Assembly (NCBI GenBank): GCA_008632985.1
Contig: QPGO01000231.1
Span: 28,013-61,112, forward strand
Reading direction: 5' to 3'
Origin: Psammoneis japonica
Lineage: Eukaryota
Length of the DNA: 33,100 nt
Positions 10,044-21,475 of this stretch are shown here, piece after piece (position 1 is the first letter of the stretch; each line of letters opens with the position of its first letter). The notes below the pieces were generated by a model. The model had not been told where the DNA came from. It saw only the letters and a program-made list of their open reading frames with translations, and searched no databases. The position numbers and the translations under genes were made by a program.

Positions 10044-13000
10044 TTAAGTTTCTTCTGAGTATCCCAGTGAGTGAGCGTGTCTGGGCTCTATTATCTCCTC
10101 GTCGATGCTTTCTATTTCTATTTTTCTGTCACCCAGCATCAAAACAAGACCCTTTAGCTGGGAAACATCCTGTCCGTAGCGCCTAAGTCTACCACAACCT
10201 TGACGGCGAGGAGTATTGTACAGGTCCACTGGGGCAAGAGCGCTCGCCGCCCCGCTCCCCCTTTAAAGACAGAATTGCATCAACCCCGGAATGGTTCTCT
10301 ATTGCGTACGATAGGGTGGTAGTCAGAGAGCGTGTCCAACTCAATGCCTTCTCTCTTGCTTTTGCTGAAAGAGCGACCACATACATTTTGCAGCGCCAAT
10401 GCCATCAAAGAATTGCTCTGAGAACGACACGTGACACGGGAAAGATTCTATGACCACAGCAGTGGACATTCTTTGAGAGTTGAATCTCCAACTGACGCCT
10501 CGAGCGCTGTTCATTGTGATTACCCACGGTTTCCCCAAAAGTTGTTGCCACATGTTCGTGGAAGTATCAAAATAGTCTGCTAGAACGGATGTATTGACAT
10601 GACACTCAAAGGTTACTCAAAGGTAACTTGGTGTGTGGATCTAGCCTATGAACAACGCCGCTCCTGACCTGAGCACCGGCCACAAAGTTCCTAGCTTTTG
10701 TTCTGAACAGGGCTTCATCCATACCTTGAAGATCATTGATGAAGGTTATCGTTGTTTCTGGCATGGTCAAACTTAGCGAAGCCGTAGTCTTTTGGGAACC
10801 GGGCGATGTCACCGAAGACAACACCGCCGCAGACTGCTGATTATGCAATACCTTCCTGTCGCTCGAAGCTTCGATACCACCATTAGATTCAAGTTGTAGC
10901 GCCAGTCGTTCAATTCGTGATGCCTCTTGCTCGCTGATGTGGACAACTTGCTCGTCTTCGGCTTCCGACCCGAGAGATTGTGAAAACCCGGAACAAATGG
11001 CTTTCGCGAGAGCTGGTTCTGCATTGAAAACACCATATTATATATCGGCGACAAGATGACGAGTTTGATGTCAACGTCAATAAAACTCCTTGCTCTTGAC
11101 TTCGTCGAGACTACCAAATTCACCTTTGCGGGTTCCACAATTTGCAGCGGACTCTCTAGAAACCTTCCATGTGCACTGTATATCTCCATTCCTTCGCCAT
11201 GCATTTCTACATCAGTGCTGAAAAGTCTGCCGCCTTCGATTTTAGACGCACGAGACATCTTGGCTTTCCATGCCCCCTGAAGGGCGATCGCCTCCATTAC
11301 CCGCCCCGTACAACCTGGAGTTGATAGAACCATAGATGCTCTTCTCACTGCATTGGACGAGTATCCAACATCAACCAGAACGACGCTGCAACTTCCGGTG
11401 GATATCGAAGTAGAAGTCGATGAAACATCATCTTTGGATGGACGAAGGACGTTTCCGCAGCCTCCCCATGCTCGTTGAAGTGAACCTCAATTTCTTTCTC
11501 GTCGTGCGAAGAGTTTTCTGACCCTGTGAGCTTGCCCTCTTCCGTAAGACTGCCACTGCTTGCAAGTGATACGAAGCCCAGCACGTCAGCCATTGCATCC
11601 GGAATGAACACAAGGCGTAGTGACCCAATGCGCAAAAAAGTTCGCTTGATTTGTTTCCTTTCTTCACAAATTCAAATCGAAATACATCATTTTCAACATC
11701 CTCTTCGCGATTGTCCACCCGGGATACAAGGGATCGGAAGTCCCTATCCACCGCCTTCAACCTTCGATCGTCGCAATCAAGGCATAGCAATTTCATGTCC
11801 ACGAGCTTTGTTTCTTCGTCCGGTATCACAGAAAATGAAATGGACGTCTTCGCGGCAGCTCATCGCACAATGCGAGCGTCGATATCATCACCACAAAGCT
11901 CGAGCGACATGACGTCCACCAAGAAATATCTATTACAACAACGCCAGCATGAGAAATGCCCTGCCTGAGATTTCCTTCGCGCAAGGTGCGACGCCTACTT
12001 CAGTTGATGCGCTAGACGCATCGCCAATTTCATAGAACGTTCCTCATTTTCATCGACGAGGCTTGTGCGGTCGCCACCACCACGCAGAAATGAATCACTT
12101 AGGCCAATGTTCAATTCAAGCGTATTCATCATCTGTTCACACTGCGCCTTCGACATTAGAAATGAAGCTTGGGAAACAAACACATCGTCTGTTGTTGTGC
12201 TGTCCCTTCGCCAATTGGTGGAAGTTCCACGTCGATAGAAATTGCGGTCGGCGTTTCTACCATCGCCCTTCCAGCGTTATCTTGCAGCGACAGCTCTGAA
12301 AGCCAGAGACTTGCTGTTGAAAGAGCACCCGAATCAGGAGGAGAATGGTACCGTACGTTGAGGTCTCCAGCGTGGAGGGTAAGGTGTTCTGGAGAGTAAG
12401 CGGCTTGCGGTATAATAAGGTCGGCGCCGATGGCTCTTATGGCAGAAATTATCTCCCCCCCCCCCCCACTTACAGAACTAGCAATCTCAATCGCAGCATC
12501 TTTTACCGATGAAGCAGCTTCCGCAAAAAGCGCGCTCAAAATGACTTCCGTAATATATTCAACCAGCGTCAATACCTGCGAATGTATAGACGGGTGATAG
12601 GTTGATCTTCGCGCAAGCGTCGCAGGTATCGACACCCTCGTCCTGAAGTGATAATGATAGGATTGCTTGACGCCCTATGCTGTATTGAACAGAGAGCAAA
12701 CTACTCGTAGTTGACTGGTGCGGGGCGAGTCCAAGAAGAGTTTTGTACGATTGCCGCGTTTTCCATTTAGCACTTCGAACATCCCCAAGCTCAAGCGAGG
12801 CCTTCGTATTGCTCTGCTCGTCGTTCTCTGAGGAATGAAAACTCACTTTTGTGTCAGACATTATATTGTCATCTCAAAAAGCGGTAGATCTTCTGTGGCA
12901 GAATTCAAGGATACTCGAAGTGCCTCATCTCGGCCTTCAAAACAAAGAGCCGAGCTTTCGCCTTGGATATCGAAAACTCATCAGACTCGAAGCTTTTCAT

Positions 13001-15630
13001 GAGAGATTTCTCGTTGAGGCAAAGGTAATGGTGACTCAATCGCAGACAGCCGCGGCGACACCTCGGCGAGCGACAGGCGCTTCTGTGGCAGAGAGAATTT
13101 CGACCGTACCGCTCTCACTGCCTGGATTGCTTTTGGATTCCACTGAACATATAAACTCGAAAATGTAGCATCGACAAAATTAAGCGCCACGGTTTCATTC
13201 TCTTTCCGAAATTGTGTAATGTCAACAAATTCAGTACAGCCAGAGAAACTGTCATCAAAGGCACCAAGCTTCTCTAATTCCGCAAGAACATTGCACTCGT
13301 CGTTTTCCGCAAATGACGCTGCTGGTTTTGGGAGGTTTGAATGAGCCAACAGTCGCTGCTCCCATGGAAAGTCACTTGATAAACGGTCCAAAGTCCAAAA
13401 CCATCCCGTTTTCAGGCGGCAAGAAGCACCTCGATCGCCCGTCGAAGACGCAGACGATGACACGGAAACCAGGTGCGCCTCTAAACCGCCCCCCGTCATA
13501 AGGGACGGCACATATTAATAGCAGGTGCAACACGATAGCGAAGTGCAGAACAATAAGGTCATAGAGACCACCTTCAAGTCCTGTGGTTTTCACTCATGGT
13601 TGTTGCTTTCGAAGTGTCTTGAAACCCAGCAGACGACCTCTTCAAGATAGAGCTCGTCACTGATGTTGATCTCGCATCGCGGCCTCCGTCATGTTCGACC
13701 TCATCGAGAATGGACATACCGCCCGCATCGACGACAGTTTTAACACCTCTCTTTGCACTTACATCTTCTATAACATCTCGCCAAGTACTGAGCACAGATA
13801 CGGTCCTTTTGACCTGAGTTGGAGATATACGAAGCGAATCCGTAGGTAGAACGCCACACGTACAGGTACGGGGCGCTCGTCATTGGGAGCTATTTCTAAC
13901 CCCATTTTGAGATTGAGTGAGAGTGGCTCAATTACAGCATCGGCCTGCTCTTCTTAAGGCAACTTGAGTTTTGTCATAGGGTCATCCCAGTTCAACTGAC
14001 CCGTTTTCCCTGTAACAAACATTAGATTAGACACCACAAGTTCGCTATAATCCTTGAGAGGATCCGGTTTCGTAGTGCTTCGCTTCGCTTTACTTGAGAA
14101 CCATTCCATAACACTTTGCGGCGGCTCAATCTTGCCGTATTTTAAGCTGAAGTGCCCCAAATCGAAGACAAGCACATCGGTAGTCGGATCAACACAACTT
14201 TGTGGAAGGATGATGATGGGGGCGAAGACGTCGAAATCAACCATCCAGATAGTATTCTTCTTCGTTTTACTTTTCCAGGCATCTGCAAATGCAGTAGATA
14301 GCTGGTCCGACACTGCAGCACTTGCTGCCCTCGCGGCTGCGGCGGTTTCGTCAACAATGTCCACCGCCCCAGCCTCCATAGTATGCGACCCGGCGTCATA
14401 AAGAGATCAACCGAACCACTCAAAGACTTTTCTAAGAGTGGGTTCTGCCGAAAGTGTTGCGACGCGGATACTGATACGGTATTGGAAAGCGAGAAGAAGG
14501 CCTGTACATCCTTCAGAAATACCGATGAGGCCACCAACGAAAAGCTGCCATGCGCAGAATCAATTGTTGAATGCACCAGTGGTTGAAGCCCCCTCCTTTT
14601 GTGACGAGTACCGCAAGCTACTTCGCATGACAGTAGTAGGGAACAAGCTCAAGGTCTCATCCCACGTGTGATCAAGTCGATTTTTGAATGCACCCAGGGT
14701 AAACTTGATGTCGTCAAGCTTTAAATTTGTTGAGACTTCCGATTCAGAGGTTTGCTCGAGACTAAATGCTTCGAGCTCTTTCATTTCTTCTACTGTCAAG
14801 AATATTGGAGGATCTTCCTCGTCCAGTGACACATCTTCGCCCTTTGAAGCCCCCCAAAACGACGGCAGATACGACTTTTTGGCGCCCTATTCTGAAACCT
14901 TTTTCGTCGACTCGTGTTTTTTCTTTTCTCGTTCGACTTGTGCATCAGTATAATGTTCCGCCGTGTCATTGCCTTCCAAAGAGACAACCCGAACTTGTTC
15001 TGTGGTTATCACGGTCTCCACTTCTTGTATCGACAAAAGGCTTCAACCAAGGGCAAGTCTCATGATGAGCATGGCGCTTGTAATGCGATAGGGCCTCTAT
15101 ACTTGTTGCGTTTTTGAAAAGCTGTGTAAAACTCGACCCAAGAGCGCCTGCCAATGCACCGCACCGCATATCTCCACCATTCTTTGGCTGTTTCTTCGCT
15201 AACCCTATTTAAGGGACGATACTCTGGAAAAAGAGGTATGGCAAAGCTCTGAGAATGCCTTATGCCACCGCAATCTTGTTGCTCAACTCCAGCTGATTCC
15301 GCGACAGGAACATTGAGAGCTGTGAGAGCTCAGAAGACTGCAAATATCGGAAATCGATACACTCGAGTTGATCGAATCAGAACCATCCGATTGTCGCCCT
15401 TCCGGGACAGACTTTGGGATTGAAAAACTGTAGGTCTCATCATCAAGACATGCTCAAAGACATTGAATGCGCAGCACTTTGCAAAGGAACGACTTGACGA
15501 CATTCTTGCTCGTTATCGTGCGGTCTACAAAACTTCTGTTTCCATCCTTGTCGGTGGTAACGAGAGAAAGTGAAGACAAAACGACGCCAGCCGAGCATCC
15601 TGCACCTTTGACACATGCAGACTCTCCAAA
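10044..15630 (-). pseudogene. VPS13: VPS13-family lipid transfer protein, truncated at both ends, with frameshifts and stops
   Basis: Chorein-N-adjacent SAGVVLSSLSLVTTDKDG...KVLRIQCL; IWMVDFDVFAPIIILPQ...VLVFDLGHF; SLYVQWNPKAIQA; DYFD...MWQQLLGKPW. In-frame TAA at ~13954 and single-base losses in short homopolymers near 14400 and 13870. Confidence 0.85.
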
Positions 15631-16312
15631 TAGCGATAGTGTACGGTAATAGTCCATGTAAAAGGCGTCGAGTGAACGTAAGGAGGATAAAAAGGATCCG
15701 CAGAAGGATGTGTTGTCGACGATGTCATTTTTGCTTGCAACTTCGTTGTGAAAGTTGCAGTGACGTTCTTATGCTCTTTTAGTTGCTGCTTTTCCGCTGA
15801 CAACAGCAATATCACTCGCTTTACAGCAGATGAAACAAAGATGTGATTCAAACACAGTGCGATTGTCAAAAGATGGAACTCAAGTAAAGTATGTACAGCA
15901 TGTTCAGGAGCGCGCTTTATGAGCAACGGGCTTGGATTCGACAGGGCGACGTAGAAATCTACGAAAGTTCTGTACTAGCGAAACCAAAATTGGCTTTTTT
16001 CTCGACGATTTTCATTCGATCTATATTCATATACTTTAACGGTTAAGATCCTACCGTTAAGATTACTTATGAGAGTGAAACCATTGTCTTTTATCTGTTG
16101 GAAAAAGCTCGTAAAATTTTCAATCCGATCGAAGCTTTCGTCGATTGGAAACACGCGTAAAATGCATGAGTGGTGGTCTTCATTTTGTCAATGACAAAAT
16201 CAAAAAAATTCAAAACGGAAAAATCGAGCTCGTGTGCGACCTCAGTCCCGCCTCACGCGAGGCAACCGTCGCTCGCAATGGTGATGGCAAACAACAACCG
16301 TAGCCGTACTGT

Positions 16313-17958
16313 ATGGACGAATTCAAGAGACGCTTCAAAGAATACACTCCTGAACAACATCGAGCAGTGGCTGACAGGTATCTGGCCACAGCCGACAAAC
16401 ATCGAGCCGCTGTTGGACAAGCAAAAACCTCTGCTGATCTGAAAAGAGCTCAGAGCAAAACTAATTATCACAACCGCCTTTCACGGATGCACAAGGAAGA
16501 AGCCAAGAGGAAGGCAACCCTGCAGCGACGACGGACTTTGCGTCACGTGAAGAGCGAACAAGAAGCCGCTATGCCCACGAACAATCCCACTTCAGCTTCT
16601 AAAGCCAATGTAAATGCGAGTGGCGGGGATGCCTTCAGCACTCCTTTTGTTGCCCGTAGCCGCAGCACAAACAATGATATACCGAGCACCGGAGCATCGC
16701 CCGCAGGAGTGCGAATGTCTTCTACGCCCATAAATGCTGCCGGAGTGGAACTTCTAATGAAGTCTCCTGTTGGCCAGAAATCCATGGCGCGTGGTTACAC
16801 TGATCCGAGATTGCAGTTCCAAGCCATGTTGCTCGAAAACTTGAATAAGCACGGGGCTCTCTTGGACAAAAAGGCCGAGAAACAGGCGGAACAGGAAGAG
16901 ACTGCCAATCAACGAATCAACGTTGTCCTGGCAGAGCAAAAATCATCTGTGAATTGGCTGGGCAACCGAGTGCCTTTCTTGGAGTAAAGCGAAAGATGAG
17001 TAACGTCGAATGCGACGACAATGAAAATCAAGATCCGAACTCGGCTTCTCCTTTCTTGGGATCTCATTCACAAGTCGCCTCTCCCCATGTGTTGGGAAAC
17101 CCAAGTGCAAAGCGTCGACGATGCGTTAAGGCTTTGAGGCCCATGCTGGTGGACTCTCCGCCGAAATCCGAAATGGAGCCTACTGTGAAGAAGGAGCTTT
17201 TCCCAGGATCAAACAATTCTTTCACTGGCACGTCATCAGGATTTACAGCACCTTCACCTCCCACTGGAACCCCTTCTGCATCGACTTCGTTTGGAGCTGC
17301 TACCTTTGCTTTTCCTTCTTCTGCTACAAATTCTACTGGAGGAGCTACGACTGTTCCTGGAGCTCCTGCTTTCCATGTAGACATAACGAATCGCGGCACC
17401 CCGAACAGCAAACGGATTCGCAAGCCAAAAGCATCTGCTTCACCAGGAGCATTTCCATTCAGCATGCATCAAATCCATGCTCCTCTCACCATGTCAGCAC
17501 CTCAAGTCCCTGGCCACCAAGTTCCTGCCGCCCAAGTTGCTGGCGGCGGCCAGTCTAATGTGTACGATAACGGCAACGTATTATTTGCTCAAGTTCCCGC
17601 TGGAGGACCGACAGATCAAGTCAGGAAACCAAGTGTTGAAGAAGTGCGTATGCGGGATTCGCAAACCTTTGAAACCCAGTATTCTGACCTCGTTCAAAAT
17701 GCACCAAAGTCGGTAGAAGCGGACATTATTGTGAAGGAGATTGATGAATGTAAACGAGAGCTTGTAGCACTCGTAAACCGAAGCGACTCGCTCAGCAAAG
17801 ATGAATTTCAAGAGTTGTACGGTATTCTTCAGTCGAATCGGATGGACGCAATCAACTTCGATTCCTTCGTTGGCACTGTGGAGGACATGACAAACCTCAA
17901 GATGATCCGCAAGATTCTAAACCACTATGGCGATTATGTAGAGGACCACTACTGGTAA
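16313..17958 (+). CDS. Orphan low-complexity (S/P/A/T-rich) protein, split into two overlapping ORFs (16313-16987, 16954-17958) by a probable frameshift, or two adjacent genes
   Basis: Two long same-strand ORFs (224 and 334 aa) overlap by 34 nt with no obvious GT-AG intron at the junction. The first has a helical basic N-terminus and the second a helical acidic C-terminus. Confidence 0.55.
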
Positions 17959-18210
17959 GGAGAGGCAACCAAATCTTTCATCAATGGGAATTTTCGGTGC
18001 ACCTGCCATGGGAAGTATAAAACTTCTTAGTCGGCACGCCTGCCCTGAGAAGTTTGAAACTTCTTAGTAGGCACGCATAAAGCACACGCGGTGCTTCCAA
18101 CCGCTACTTATGAATGTAAACTAAAAATGTTGTTAGTCTAGATTGCGTTTGAAGAATTCTGGTTCTACGGTACATTTCGTCTTAAAAGCGTCCTTCGCGC
18201 TGCTCGGGGG
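17895..18210 (+). repeat. Direct repeat copy 1 (last ~20 codons plus 3' flank of the orphan gene), containing two tandem 37-nt hairpin units
   Basis: Aligns with 20530-20820 (about 19 substitutions and 3 small indels by eye) and more loosely with 20975-21150. Confidence 0.92.
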
Positions 18211-18254
18211 AGTCATCCCGATTTTTACCGTGAGAAGTCGAGACGACAGATTGG

Positions 18255-19010
18255 ACATTGACGGCTAAAAACGCAGTGTAGAACCGTAATAAAGCGATAA
18301 GTACCTAAAGCTTTCAATAATGAGTAAGAAAAATGCAAAATAGCAAGAAAGTGTCGTTAGTTGCTTGCGTTCGAGGTGAATATCATCATTTTTCGCGGCA
18401 GCAAGTTGTGAGCTCCACAAATCATACACTTACCGTTGTCTACCATCAAATAATGCACACCATAATCCATATTATCAATGAAATCGACCATCCGTTGCTT
18501 GCTTGATCCAAAAGACAGTGTATGACACGCAACAGCCCCATTTCGATTGATGCAGAAATATCAGCCGCAGACAAATGGTTCAAATGTCGACATGAAACTA
18601 AGAGCCGGTGTTCCTCGTTAGGGATTTTAACATGGTCGAAATGCTCCCTATATAAGTGTATGAAACGAGCGTATCAAATAAAAAGAACGAGTCAGTGACA
18701 CGAAAGCGCAATGCGATTGTATCGCGACAGCACACGAAAAAGAGCAGCGGATGGTGATGCAATTACAAAATCCATTTTTTGACCTTTCGATTGAGCAATT
18801 ACCTTCAAACAATCGATGAAAATAGTTTCTATATGATGGTAGAAACTATTCTAAAGCCCTGCTGTTGTTGAAAAGGTTTGGCAATAGCATGAAATGCCGT
18901 TCCGATTCTCATGGTGAGTGGCGTTCGGAGGGTGTGCGCATACGTGACTGAATGAGTCCCGCCTAACTTCATGCAGCCGCGCGCTCGCTCCGCTCGCCTC
19001 AGTCCTTACC
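18255..19010 (+). repeat. Segmental duplicate copy B (unmutated); upstream/promoter region of the 5-phosphatase gene
   Basis: Colinear with 7510-8340, retains CG and TA dinucleotides, and ends about 30 nt before the ATG at 19039. Confidence 0.85.
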
Positions 19011-19038
19011 GGCGTAGCTGCAGTGACACGCATCGACA

Positions 19039-20413
19039 ATGACAACAACAACAATGGATGAAGTGCTACCCCTGATTAATTCAATTTTCGTGGGTAGCTT
19101 CAATATGAACAACGAGGACTTATCATACAACGATGCTGCACGTTGGTTGCAAGAGGCGAAACATGCCGATCTAGTCGTGCTCGCCATGCAGGAATGCGGT
19201 TCATGCCGCTTGGACGGCTCCATGCCGTTGCCAGAGAATCAACAACAGCAAGAAAGTTGGTGTCGAAAACCTCAGCTTGATCGAAGCGATACTGTTCTCC
19301 ACAGCATACAAGATGCATTGAATGACGGCTACAAAATTGTTGCTGACGTTGCCATGGGCGAAAGCGCGACTGGGAGAAAAATTGCTATTGACGGGGAGCC
19401 CGATACGGAGTGGTATGGATATATACGAATGATTGTTCTGGCAAGGACAGGTATGTGAGAAGACCGTTACTTTCGATTCCGGACGTGGTCTTCATCTCAT
19501 ATTTCGATAACTTCTTGTTCACAAATCCTTCTTTCTTTCATGAAGAACTCGCAGACAAACTATCTCCGCAATGCAGGACGCTGGTCTGTCCTGTTGGGTC
19601 CAAGTCGTCGGTTGATTCTCTTACATCTCAATCACCGGATTATCCTGTTGATGCGAGTCCTGATAAGGGTGCCGTTTGCGTAGCTTTAGGAAGCGACTTG
19701 TTGCTTGTGAATGTTCACCTCGCTGGTACAAACCAGTATAATGTGAACGAGGAGCACTTTGATGAAATCAGAAAGCACCAGTTAACGCTGATTCATGAAA
19801 TGTGTCAACCTTACGGGCATTGTATTGTTGCTGGGGACTTTAATTTTCGATGCGAAATCCATCCGAATGAAAAGAGTCGCGGCGGACTAGACTTTCAGGC
19901 TGTCCACGACATTGTCAAGTCAGCTGATTGTGAGGCTATTGGCAACTTGTATCGTAAACATGATCGACTTATTCAGCTCATCAATAGCAATGGCGATACT
20001 GTGATCCCGTTACTTTTGAAGGACACAAGTGATTCCTTTTGTTACGGATTCAAGGATAATGAGTACGTCATGCCTACTTTCACTTTTACACGGGATCTTA
20101 AGCGAGAAGAGAAGAGCGGCAAGAATTGCCGATCCTACTCAGATAAGCGTACGCCATCGTGGACAGATCGGGGTAGGTGGGCTCAGTTTCAAAGTTCCCC
20201 TTGTTGGTTTTCCGTGTCCGTAAGGTCTCACCAACCAGTCGCTCTCTTTCTTGTGCACGCCCTCAAACAGTTCTGTTCTCGAACTCGTTGCGGGACAAGC
20301 AGGGATTTTATATCATATCCGTCAAAACTCACCCCGACATTGTAGTAAGCGACCATATTCCGGTACATTGTCTATTCTCTCGCTCGAGAAGCACTTCAAA
20401 TCAGCTGGACTGA
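19039..20413 (+). CDS. Inositol polyphosphate 5-phosphatase family protein (IPPc/EEP fold); exons 19039-19450, 19555 (or 19546)-20172, 20271-20413
   Basis: Family motifs IFVGSFNMN, DLVVLAMQE, KGAV, NVHL, GDFNFR, HDRL, PTF, RTPSWTDR|VL, SDHIPV. Two phase-1 GT-AG introns (GTATGT at 19451; GTAGGT at 20173 to AAACAG at 20270) join the ORF pieces in frame. Confidence 0.92.
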
Positions 20414-20529
20414 AATCGGAGGAGTGACATTTCTAGTCGGATGTGGCACGCTTCGGACAAACAAAAATACTCCAAGACTCCATCGGTCAATTTGTTGCTG
20501 CTCCAATCCTGCCGATCGAACCTATTGCG

Positions 20530-21195
20530 CCTCGAGATGATCCGCAAGATTCTAAACCACTATGGTGATCATGTAGAGGACCACTGCTGGTAAGGAGAGG
20601 CAACCAAATATTTCGTCAATGTGAATTTTTGGTGCGCCTGCTATGAGAAGTATAAAACTTCTTAGTCGGCACGCCTGCCCTGAGAAGTTTGAAACTTCTT
20701 ACTCTAGGCACGCAGAAAGCACACGCGGTGCTTCCAATCGCCACTTATGAATGTAAACTAAAAATATTGTGGTCTAGATTGCGTTTTGAAGAATTCTGGT
20801 TCTACGATACATTTCTTCTTTTCGGCAAGCCCTCTTGCGGATATCATTGCTACGTTTGCCTTGAGAAGTTTAAAATTTCGTAGTCGGCACGCAGAAAGCA
20901 CACGCGGTGCGTTCTTCTCGCTTCGCGGGTGCCAAAAAAGTTCGGTGAGTCCTCTAGCGATGTCATTGCTACGGCTGCCTCCAGAAGTTTGAAACTTCTT
21001 AGTCGGCAAACAGATAAAGTACACACGGTGCTTAAACCCGCCACCTACGAATATAAATGAGAAATATTGCAGTCTAGATTGTGTTTGAAGAAGTCTAGTC
21101 CTAAGGCATGTCTCTTCTTAAAAGCGTCCTTCGAGCCGCGAGCGGGGGGCTTTAGTTGTTATGGGATAGCTGTCAAAAGTTCGCCGAGTCCTCTC
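20530..21195 (+). repeat. Direct repeat copy 2 with internal amplification: four 37-nt hairpin units and repeated flanking modules
   Basis: 20530-20820 matches 17895-18183. Hairpin units start at ~20638, 20675, 20856 and 20975. A ttcgg-x-agtcctct-like module recurs at ~20821, 20941 and 21180. Confidence 0.9.
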
Positions 21196-21475
21196 ACGTA
21201 TAGTATTTAATCTCACGCGACCAGTGGCCTTGACCTACGTGTAGCTCTCCAAGCTTTGACGGCTTCACGGAAGATACAGCCCAACTTTCTTGTCGGGAAG
21301 GGATAGCAGAGGTGATGACTAAGGGTCACGTGCTGGCGTTCCCTTTCTGCGTGTAATACTCTCTACTTATGTGATCTAAGACAAGTATCATGCCGGCAAC
21401 AGGGCTGGATTAACGCTAAACTCGTTTCCCTTCGCTGGTTGTCCTCTCGGAAGACGGCGCGGGTGATACTCATTT

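Noticed and set aside
18080..18141. Helitron 3' end (hairpin plus CTAG)
   Set aside because: The CTAG is about 40 nt from the hairpin and repeat homology continues well past it, so it is not a terminus.
18003..21011. CRISPR array (37-nt palindromic repeats)
   Set aside because: Units are either directly adjacent or separated by mutually homologous, irregular-length sequence. No unique spacers, no cas genes, eukaryotic context.
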